This document shows, in pieces, positions 44,501 to 56,440 of a DNA stretch of 64,000 nucleotides. The stretch is from assembly GCF_009914755.1 (NCBI RefSeq), contig NC_060933.1; one strand, written 5' to 3'. The position numbers and the translations under genes are program-made. The stretch's first letter is position 1, and every line of letters starts with the position of its first letter. The notes beneath the pieces are model-generated. The model was not told the DNA's origin, made no database searches, and saw only the letters and a list, made by a program, of their open reading frames with translations. Source of the stretch: the human T2T-CHM13v2.0 reference genome, Homo sapiens.

Positions 44501-47500
44501 TCCATTCCATACCATTCCATTCCATTCCATTCCATTCCATTCCATTCCGTTCCATTCCGTTCCATTCCATTCCATTCCATTCTATTCGGGTTAATTCCAT
44601 TCCATTTCATTCCATTCCATTCTATTCCATTCCATTGCAATCGAGTTGAATCCATTGCATTTCATTCCATTACATTCCATTCCATTCCGGAAGATTCCAT
44701 TCCATTGCATTCCATTCCATTCCATTCCCCTGCACTCGCGTTGATTCCATTCTGTTCCATTCCATTCCATTCCATTCCGTTCCGTTCCAATCCGTTCCAT
44801 TCCATTCCATTCCATTCCATTCCATTCCATTCCGTTCCATTCCATTCCATTCCATTCTATTCGGGTTAATTCCATTCCATTCCATTCGATTGCAATCGTG
44901 TTGATTCCATTCCATTCCATTCCATTCCATTCCATTCCATTCCTTTCCATTCCATTACGGATGATTCCATTCCATTGCATTCCATTGCATTCCGTTCCCC
45001 TGTACTCGGGTTGATTCCATTCCATTGCATTCCAATCCATGCCCTTCCACTCGTGTTGATTCAATTCTTTCCATTCCATTCAAGTTGAATCCATTCCATT
45101 GCATTCCATTCCATTCGATTCCATTCGATTGCACTCGGATTGATTCCATTCCATTGCATTCCATTCCATTCCATTCCATTCCATTCCATTCCGTTTCATT
45201 CCATTCCATTACATTCGGATTGATTCTATTCAATTCCCTTACACTCCATTACATTCCATTCCATTCGGGTAGTTTCCATTCCATTCCATTCCATTCCTCT
45301 CCATTCCATTGCACTCGGGTTGATTCCATTCCATTGCATTCCATTCCATTCCATTCAATTCCATTCCGTTCCATTCCATTCCATTACATTCGGATTGATT
45401 CTATTCATCTCCCTTAGTCTCCATTACATTCCATTCCATTCGGGTTGTTCCATTCCATTCCATTCCATTCCACTCCATTCCATTGCACTGGGGTTGATTC
45501 CATTCCATTCCATTCCATTCCATTCCATTCCATTCCATTCCGGAAGATTCCATTCCATTGCATTCCATTCCATTCCATTCCCCTGCACTCGCGTTGATTC
45601 CATTGCATTCCATTCCATTCCATTCCATTCCATTCCATTCCATTCCATTCCTTTCCGTTCCATTCCATTCCATTCCATTCCATTCCGTTCCGTTCCGTTC
45701 CATTCCATTCCATTCCATTCTATTCGGGTTAATTCCATTCCATTCCATTCGATTGCAATCGAGTTGATTCCATTCCATTCCATTCCATTCCATTCCATTC
45801 CATTCCATTCCATTCCATTCCTTTCCATTCCATTACGGATGATTCCATTCTATTGCATTCCATTCCATTCCATTCCCCTGTACTCGGGTTGATTCCATTC
45901 CATTCCATTCCAATCCATGCCATTCCACTCGTGTTGATTCCATTCTTTCCATTCCATTCAAGTTGAATCCATTCCATTGCATTCCATTCCATTCTAATCC
46001 CCTGCAGTCGGGTTGATTCCATTCCATTCCATTCCATTCCATTCCATTCCATTCCATTCCGTTCCGTTCCGTTCCATTGCATTCCATTCCTTTCTACTCG
46101 GGTTAATTCCATTCCTTTCCATTCCATTCCATTCCAATCGAGTTGATTCCATTCCATTCCATTCCATTCCATTCCATTCCATTCCATTCCACTCCATTCC
46201 AGTCCTTTCCATTCCATTCCACTCGAGTTGATTCCAATGTATTCCTTTCCATTCCATTCCATTCCATTGCAATCGAGTTGATTCCATTGCATTTCATTCC
46301 ATTCCATTCCATTCCATTCCGGATGATTCCATTCCATTGCATTCCATTCCATTCCATTCCCCTGCACTCGGGTTGATTCCATTCCATTCCACTCCATTCC
46401 GTTCCATTCCATTCCATTCCATTGTATTCGGGTTAATTCCATTCCATTCCATTCCATTCCATTCCATTCCAATCGAGTTGATTCCATTCCATTCCATTCC
46501 ATTCCAGTCCTTTCCGTTCCATTCCACTCGGGTTGATTCCATTCTATTAGTTTCCATTCCATTCCATTCCCTTCCATTCCACTATGGTTGATTCCATTCC
46601 TTTCCATTCCACTCGAATACATTCCTTCCTATTCCACTCGGAACGTTTCCATTCCATTCCATTCCATTCCATTCCATTCCATTCCATTCCATTCCATTTC
46701 ATTCCATTGCAATCCATTCCAATCCATTCCATTCCATTCCACTCGAGTTGATTTCATTCCATCTCTTTCCATTCCATTCCATTCCTTTCCATTTGAGTTG
46801 ATTCCATTCCATTCCATTCCATTGCATTCCATTCCATGCCATTCCACTCGGGTTGATTCCATTCCTTTGCATTCCATTCCATTCCATTCCATTCCATTCC
46901 ATTCCATTCCATTCCGTTGCATTCCATTCCATTACATTCGGATTGATTCTATTCAACTCCCTTACTCTCCATTACATTCCATTCCATTCGGGTTGTTCCA
47001 TTCCATTCCATTCCATTCCACTCCATTCCATTGCACTCGGGTTGATTCCATTCCATTCCATTCCATTCCATTCCATTCCGGATGATTCCATTCCATTGCA
47101 TTCCGTTCCATTACATTCCCCTGCACTCGCGTTGATTCCATTCCATTCCATTCCATTCCATTCAATTCCATTCCATTACAATTCGTTCCATTCCATTCTA
47201 TTCCGTACCATTCCATTCCATTCCATACCATTCCACTCCATTCCATTCCATTCCATTCCATTCCGTTGCATTCCGTTCCATTCCATTCCATTCCATTCTA
47301 TTCGGGTTAATTCCATTCCATTCCATTCCATTCCATTCTATTCCATTCCATTGCAATCGAGTTGAATCCATTGCATTTCATTCCATTCCATTCCATTCCA
47401 TTCCGGAAGATTCCATTCCATTGCATTCCATTCCATTCCATTCCCCTGCACTCGCGTTGATTCCATTCCATTCCATTCCGTTGCACTCCATTCCTTTCCA

Positions 47501-50149
47501 TTCCTTTCCGTTCCATTCCATTCCACTCCATTCCATTCCGTTCCGTTCCATTCCATTCCATTCCATTCTATTCGGGTTAATTCCATTCCATTCCATTCGA
47601 TTGCAATCGAGTTGATTCCATTCCATTCCATTCCATTCCATTCCAGTCCTTTCCATTCCTTTCCATTCCATTACTGATGATTCCGTTCCATTGCATTCCA
47701 TTCCATTCCATTCCCCTGTACTCGGGTTGATTCCATTCCATTCCATTCCAATCCATGCCATTCCACTCGTGTTGATTCCATTCTTTCCTTTCCATTCAAG
47801 TTGAATCCATTCCATTGCATGCCATTCCTCTCGTGTTGATTCCATTCTTTCCTTTCCATTCAAGTTGAATCCATTCCATTGCATTCCATTCCATTTGATT
47901 CCATTCCATTGCACTCGGGTTGATTCCATTCCATTCCATTCCATTCCATTCCGGATGATTCCATTCCATTGCATTCCGTTCCATTACATTCCCCTGCACT
48001 CGGGTTGATTCCATTCCATTCCATTCCATTCCATTCGATTCCATTCCATTCCCCTGCACTCGCGTTGATTCCATTCCAATCAATTCCATTGCATTCCATT
48101 CCATTCCATTCCTTTCCATTCCAGTCTTTTCCATTCCATTCCACTCGGGTTGATTCCATTCTATTAGTTTCCATTCCATTCCATTCCCTTCCATTCCACT
48201 CTGGTTGATTCCATTCCTTTCCATTCCACTCGAATACATTCCCTCCTATTCCACTCGGAATGATTCCATTCCATTCAATTCCATTCCATTTCGTTCCATT
48301 CCATTCTATTCCGTATCATTCCATTCCATTCCATTCCATTCCATTGTACTCGGGTTGATTCCATTCCATTGCATTCCATTCCATTCCATTCCATTCCATT
48401 CCATTCCGTTGCATTCTATTCCATTACATTCGGATTGATTCTATTCAACTCCCTTACTCTCCATTACATTCCATTCCATTTGGGTTGTTCCATTCCATTC
48501 CATTCCATTCCACTCCATTCCATTGCACTCGGGTTGATTCCATTCCATTCCATTCCATTCCATTCCATTCCATTCCATTCCGGATGATTCCATTCCATTG
48601 CATTCCGTTCCATTACATTCCCCTGCACTCGTGTTGATTCCATTCCATTCCATTCCATTCCATTCAATTCCATTCCATTACAATTCGTTCCATTGCGTTC
48701 TATTCCGTACCATTCCATTCCATTCCATACCATTCCATTCCATTCCATTCCATTCCATTCCTTTCCATTCCGTTCCATTCCATTCCATTCCATTCTATTC
48801 GGGTTAATTCCATTCCATTCCATTCCATTCCATTCCATTCCATTCTATTCCATTCCATTGCAATCGAGTTGAATCAATTGCATTTCATTCCATTCCATTC
48901 CATTCCATTCCGGAAGATTCCATTCCATTGCATTCCATTCCATTCCATTCCCCTGCACTCGCGTTGATTCCATTCCATTCCATTCCATTCCATTCCATTC
49001 CATCCATTCCATTCCGTTCCATTCCATTCCATTCCATTCCATTCCGTTCCGTTCCATTCCATTCCATTCCATTCTATTCGGGTTAATTCCATTCCATTCC
49101 ATTCGATTGCAATCGAGTTGATTCCATTCCATTCCATTCCATTCCATTCCATTCCATTCCATTCCACTCCTTTCCATTCCATTACGGATGATTCCATTCC
49201 ATTGCATTCCATTCCATTCCATTCCCCTGTACTCGGGTTGATTCCATTCCATTCCATTCCAATCCATGCCATTCCACTCGTGTTGATTCCATTCTTTCCA
49301 TTCCATTCAAGTTGAATCCATTCCATTGGATTCCATTCCATTCGATTCCATTCGATTGCACTCGGGTTGATTCCATTCCATTGCATTGCATTCCATTCAA
49401 TTCCATTCCATTCCATTCCATTCCGTTCCATTCCATTCCATTACATTCGGATTGATTCTATTCAATTCCCTTACACTCCATTACATTCCATTCCATTCGG
49501 GTAGTTTCCATTCCATTCCATTCCATTCCTCTACATTCCATTGCATTCGGGTTGATTCCATTCCATTGCATTCCATTCCATTCCATTCAATTCCATTCCA
49601 TTCCATTCCATTCCATTACATTCGGATTGATTCTATTCAACTCCCTTACTCTCCATTACATTCGATTCCATTCGGGTTGTTCCATTCCATTCCATTCCAT
49701 TCCACTCCATTCCATTGCACTCGGGTTGATTCCATTCCATTCCATTCCATTCCATTCCATTCCATTCCGGAAGATTCCATTCCATTGCATTCCATTCCAT
49801 TCCATTCCCCTGCACTGGCGTTGATTCCATTCCATTCCATTCCATTCCATTCCATTCCATTCCATTCCATTCCATTCCATTCCATTCCTTTCCGTTCCTT
49901 TCCATTCCATTCCATTCCATTCCAATCCATTCCACTCCGTTCCGTTCCGTTCCATTCCATTCCATTCCATTCTATTCGGGTTAATTCCATTCCATTCCAT
50001 TCGATTTCAATCGAGTTGATTCCATTCCATTCTATTCCATTCCATTCCATTCCTTTCCATTCCATTACGGATGATTCCATTCCATTGCATTCCATTCCAT
50101 TCCATTCCCCTGTACTCGGGTTGATTCCATTCCATTCCATTCCAATGCA
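35520..50149 (-). repeat. Tandem duplication of a ~7.3-kb unit (copy 1 ~35520-42812; copy 2 ~42815-50149)
   Basis: Near-identical ORF pairs at offsets 7297-7317: 35572/42869, 36021/43323, 37279/44591, 39271/46588, 40888/48205, 42069/49386. Shared private variants include TTTACATTCATATTG, CTTAGTCTCC, CATCTCTTTCC, CACTATGGTTG, CATTGGATTCC and CACTGGCGTTG. Confidence 0.92.
40437..40564. repeat. 64-bp tandem duplication (also present at 47754-47881 in the 7.3-kb duplicate)
   Basis: CATGCCATTCC(A/T)CTCGTGTTGATTCCATTCTTTCCTTTCCATTCAAGTTGAATCCATTCCATTG twice, with one mismatch. Confidence 0.9.
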
Positions 50150-53100
50150 TGCCATTCCACTCGTGTTGATTCCATTCTTTCCATTCCATTCAAGTTGAAT
50201 CCATTCCATTGCATTCCATTCTATTCCATTCCCCTGCAGTCGGGTTGATTGCATTCCATTCCATTCCATTCCATTCCATTCCATTCCATTCCGTTCCGTT
50301 CCATTCCATTCCATTCCTTTCTATTCGGGTTAATTCCATTCCATTCCATTCCATTCCAATCGAGTTGATTCCATTCCATTCCATTCCATTCCACTCCATT
50401 CCAGTCCTTTCCATTCCATTCCACTCGGGTTGATTCCAATGTATTCCTTTCCATTCCATTCCATTTCATTGCAATCGAGTTGATTCCATTGCTTTGCATT
50501 CCATTCCATTCCATTCCATTCCGGATGATTCCATTCCATTGCATTCCATTCCATTCCATTCCCCTGCACTCGGGTTGATTCCATTCCATTCCACTCCATT
50601 CCGTTCCATTCCATTCCATTCCATTGTATTCGGGTTAATTCCATTCCATTCCATTCCATTCCATTCCATTCCATTCCATTCCATTCCATTACAATCGAGT
50701 TGATTCCATTCCATTCCATTCCATTCCAGTCCTTTCCATTCCATTCCACTCGGGTTGATTCCATTCTATTAGTTTCCATTCCATTCCATTCCCTTCCATT
50801 CCACTCTGGTTGATACCATTCCTTTCCATTCCACTCGAATACATTCCCTCCTATTCCACTCGGAACGATTCCATTCCATTCCATTCCATTCCATTCCATT
50901 CCATTCCATTCCATTTCGTTCCATTCCATTCTATTCCGTATCATTCCATTCCATTCCATTCCATTCCATTCCATTCCATTCCATTCCATTCCTTTCCGTT
51001 CCATTCCATTCCATTCCATTCCATTCCATTCCGTTCCGTTCCGTTCCGTTCCGTTCCATTCCATTCCATTCCATTCTATTCGGGTTAATTCCATTCCATT
51101 CCATTCCATTGCCATCGAGTTGATTCCATTCCATTCCATTCCATTCCATTCCATTCCATTCCATTCCATTACTTTCCATTCCATTACGGATGACTCCATT
51201 CCATTGCATTCCATTCCATTCCATTCCCCTGTACTCGGGTTGATTCCATTCCATTCCATTCCACTCCATTCGGTTCCGTTGCATTCCATTCTATTGCATT
51301 CCATTCTATTCGGGTTAATTCCATTCCATTCTATTCCATTCCATTCTATTCCATTCCATTGCAATGGAGTTGATTCCATTCCTTTCCATTCCATTCCGGA
51401 TGATTCCATTCCATTGCATTCCATTCTATTCCATTCCCCTACACTCATGTTGATTCCATTCCATTCCATTCCATTCCATTCCGTTCCATTCCATTCCATT
51501 CTATTCCTGTTAATTCCATTCCATTCCATTCCATTCCATTCCATTCCATTGCAATCGAGTTGTTTCCATTCCATTCCTTTCCATTCCATTCCATTGCTTT
51601 GCATTCCACTCGGGTTGATTCCATTCCCTTATTTCCACTCCATTACATTCCCTTCCATTCCACTCGGAATGATTGATTCCATTCCATTCCATTCCATTTC
51701 ATTCCATTGCAATCCATTCCAATCCATTCCATTCCATTCCATTCCACTCGAGTTGACTTCATTCCATTCCTTTCCATTCCATTCCATTCCTTTCCACTCG
51801 AGTTGATTCCATTCCATTCCAATCCATTGCATTCCATTCCATGCCATGCCACTCGGGTTGATTCCATTCCTTTGCATTCCATTCCATTCCATTCCATTGC
51901 ATTCCATTCATTTCCATTCCGTTGCATTCCATTCCATTACATTCGGATTGATTCTATTCAACTCCCTTACTCTCCATTACATTCCATTCCATTCGGGTTG
52001 TTCCATTCCATTCCATTCAATTCCACTCCATTCCATTGCACTCGGGTTGATTCCATTCCGTTCCATTCCATTGCATTCCATTCCGGATGATTCCATTCCA
52101 TTGCATTCCGTTCCATTACATTCCCCTGCACTCGGGTTGATTCCATTCCATTCCATTCCATTCCATTCGATTCCATTCCATTCCCCTGCACTCGCGTTGA
52201 TTCCATTCCATTCCATTCCATTCCATTCCATTCCATTCCATTCCTTTCCATTCCAGTCCTTTCCATTCCATTCCACTCGGGTTGATTCCATTCTATTAGT
52301 TTCCATTCCATTCCATTCCCTTCCATTCCACTCTGGTTGATTCCATTCCTTTCCATTCCACTCGAATACATTCCCTCCTATTCCACTCGGAACGATTCCA
52401 TTCCATTCCATTCCATTCCAGTCCATTCCATTCCATTTCGTTCCATTCCATTCTATTCCGTATCATTCCATTCCATTCCATTCCATTCCATTCCACTCGT
52501 GTTGATTTCATTCCTTTCCATTCCATTCGGTTTGAAGGCATTCCATTCCATTCCATTCCATTCCATTCCATTCCAGTCCATTCCATTCCATTGTACTCGG
52601 GTTGATTCCATTCCATTTCATTCCATTCCATTCCATTCCGTTGCATTCCATTCCATTACATTCGGATTGATTCTATTCAACTCCCTTACTCTCCATTACA
52701 TTCCATTCCATTCGGGTTGTTCCATTCCATTCCATTCCATTCCACTCCATTCCATTGCACTCGGATTGATTCCATTCCATTCCATTCCATTCAATTCCAT
52801 TCCATTCCGGATGATTCCATTCCATTGCATTCCGTTCCATTACATTCCCCTGGACTTGGGTTGATTCCATTCCATTCCATTCCATTCCATTCGATTCCAT
52901 TCCATTCCAATTCTTTCCATTCCATTCTATTCCGTACCATTCCATTCCATGCCATACAATTCCATTCCATTCCATTCCACTCCGTTCCGTTCCGTTCCGT
53001 TCCGTTCCGTTCCGTTCCATTCCATTCCATTCCATTCTATTCGGTTTAATTCCATTCCATTCCATTCCATTCCATTCCATTCCATTCTATTCCATTCCAT

Positions 53101-53399
53101 TGCAATCGAGTTGAATCCATTGCATTCCATTCCATTCCATTCCATTCCATTCCGGAAGATTCCATTCCATTGCATTCCATTCCATTCCATTCCATTCCAT
53201 TCCATTCCATTCCCTTCCATTCCATAGTACTCGGGTTGATTCCATTCCATTGCATTCCATTCCATTCCATTCCATTCCATTCCATTCCGTTCCATTCCAT
53301 TCCATTACATTCGGATTGATTCTTTTCAACTCCCTTACTCTCCATTACATTCCATTCCATTCGGTTTGTTCCATTCAATTCCATTCCATTCCACTCCAT

Positions 53400-56300
53400 T
53401 CCATTGCACTCGGGTTGATTCCATTCCATTCCATTCCATTCATTCCGGATGATTCCATTCCATTGCATTCCGTTCCATTACATTCCCCTGCACTCGGGTT
53501 GATTCCATTCCATTCCATTCCATTCCATTCGATTCCATTCCATTCCCCTGCACTCGCGTTGATTCCATTCCATTCAATTCCATTGCATTCCATTCCATTC
53601 CATTCCTTTCCATTCCAGTCTTTTCCATTCCATTCCACTCGGGTTGATTCCATTCTATTAGTTTCCATTCCATTCCATTCCCTTCCATTCCACTCTGGTT
53701 GATTCCATTCCTTTCCATTCCACTCGAATACATTCCCTCCTATTCCACTCGGAACGATTCCATTCCATTCAATTCCATTCCATTTCGTTCCATTCCATTC
53801 TATTCCGTATCATTCCATTCCATTCCATTCCATTCCATTCCATTCCATTGTACTCGGGTTGATTCCATTCCATTGCATTCCATTCCATTCCATTCCATTC
53901 CATTCCATTCCATTCCGTTGCATTCCATTCCATTACATTCGGATTGATTCTATTCAACTCCCTTACTCTCTATTACATTCCATTCCATTTGGGTTGTTCC
54001 ATTCCATTCCATTCCATTCCACTCCATTCCATTGCACTCGGGTTGATTCCATTCCATTCCATTCCATTCCATTCCATTCAATTCCATTCCATTACAATTC
54101 GTTCCATTCCATTCTATTCCGTACCATTCCATTCCATTCCATACCATTCCATTCCATTCCATTCCATTCCATTCCATTCCGTTCCATTCCGTGCCATTCC
54201 ATTCTATTCGGGTTAATTCCATTCCATTCCATTCCATTCCATTCCATTCCATTCCATTCCATTGCAATCGAGTTGAATCAATTGCATTTCATTCCATTCC
54301 ATTCCATTCCATTCCATTCCGGAAGATTCCATTCCATTGCATTCCATTCCATTCCATTCCCCTGCACTCGCGTTGATTGCATTCCATTCCATTCCATTCC
54401 ATTCCATCCATTTCATTCCGTTCCGTTCCATTCCATTCCATTCCATTCCGTTCCGTTCCATTCCATTCCATTCCATTCTATTCGGGTTAATTCCATTCCA
54501 TTCCATTCGATTGCAATCGACTTGATTCCATTCCATTCCATTCCATTCCATTCCATTCCATTCCATTCCTTTCCATTCCATTACGGATGATTCCATTCCA
54601 TTGCATTCCATTCCATTCCATTCCCCTGTACACGGGTTGATTCCATTCCATTCCATTCCAATCCATGCCATTGCACTCGTGTTGATTCCATTCTTTCCAT
54701 TCCATTCATGTTGAATCCATTCCATTTCATTCCATTCCATTCGATTCCATTCGATTGCACTCGGGTTGATTCCATTCCATTACATTGCATTCCATTCAAT
54801 TCCATTCCATTCCATTCCATTCCGTTCCATTCCATTCCATTACATTCGGATTGATTCTATTCAATTCCCTTACACTCCATTACATTCCATTCCATTCGGG
54901 TAGTTTCCATTCCATTCCATTGCATTCCTCTCCATTCCATTGCACTCGGGTTGATTCCATTCCATTGCATTCCATTCCATTCCATTCAATTCCATTCCGT
55001 TCCATTCCATTCCATTACATTCGGATTGATTCTATTCAACTCCCTTACTCTCCATTACATTCGATTCCATTCGGGTTGTTCCATTCCATTCCATTCCATT
55101 CCACTCCATTCCATTGCACTCGGGTTGATTCCATTCCATTCCATTCCATTCCATTCCATTCCATTCCATTCCGGAAGATTCCATTCTATTGCATTCCATT
55201 CCATTCCATTCCCCTGCACTCGCGTTGATTCCATTCCATTCCATTCCATTCCATTCCATTCCATTCCATTCCATTCCTTTCCGTTCCTTTCCATTCCATT
55301 CCATTCCATTCCAATCCATTCCACTCCGTTCCGTTCCGTTCCATTCCATTCCATTCCATTCTATTCGGGTTAATTCCATTCCATTCCATTCGATTGCAAT
55401 CGCGTTGATTCCATTCCATTCTATTCCATTCCATTCCATTCCTTTCCATTCCATTACGGATGATTCCATTCCATTGCATTCCATTCCATTCCATTCCCCT
55501 GTACTCGGTTTGATTCCATTCCATTCCATTCCAATCCATGCCATTCCACTCGTGTTGATTCCATTCTTTCCATTCCATTCAAGTTGAATCCATTCCATTG
55601 CATTCCATTCCATTCCATTCCCCTGCAGTCGGGTTGATTCCATTCCATTCCATTCCATTCCATTCCATTCTATTCCATTCCATTCCGTTCCGTTCCATTC
55701 CATTCCATTCCTTTCTATTCGGGTTAATTCCATTCCATTCCATTCCAATCGAGTTGATTCCATTCCATTCCATTCCATTCCACTCCATTCCAGTCCTTTC
55801 CATTCCATTCCACTCGGGTTGATTCCAATGTATTCCTTTCCATTCCATTCCATTTCATTGCAATCGAGTTGATTCCATTGCTTTGCATTCCATTCCATTC
55901 CATTCCATTCCGGATGATTCCATTCCATTGCATTCCATTCCATTCCATTCCCCTGCACTCGGGTTGATTCCATTCCATTCCACTCCATTCCGTTCCATTC
56001 CATTCCATTCCATTGTATTCGGGTTAATTCCATTCCATTCCATTCCATTCCATTCCATTCCATTCCATTCCATTACAATCGAGTTGATTCCATTCCATTC
56101 CATTCCATTCCAGTCATTTCCATTCCATTCCACTCGGGTTGATTCCATTCTATTAGTTTCCATTCCATTCCATTCCCTTCCATTCCACTCTGGTTGATAC
56201 CATTCCTTTCCATTCCACTCGAATACATTCCCTCCTATTCCACTCGGAACGATTCCATTCCAATTCATTCCATTCCATTCCATTCCATTCCATTCCATTT

Positions 56301-56440
56301 CGTTCCATTCCATTCTATTCCGTATCATTCCATTCCATTCCATTCCATTCCATTCCATTCCATTCCTTTCCGTTCCATTCCATTCCATTCCGTTCCGTTC
56401 CGTTCCTTTCCATTCCATTCCATTCCATTCTATTCGGGTT
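53400..56440 (-). repeat. Older partial copy (~3 kb) of ~47900-51050, offset ~5.4 kb
   Basis: ORF pairs 48885/54289, 49386/54785, 50466/55855 and 50494/55883. Shared variants CCAGTCTTTTCC, TTTGGGTTG, CCACTCCGTTCC, CATTTCATTGCAATCG and TGATACCATTCC. Confidence 0.75.
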
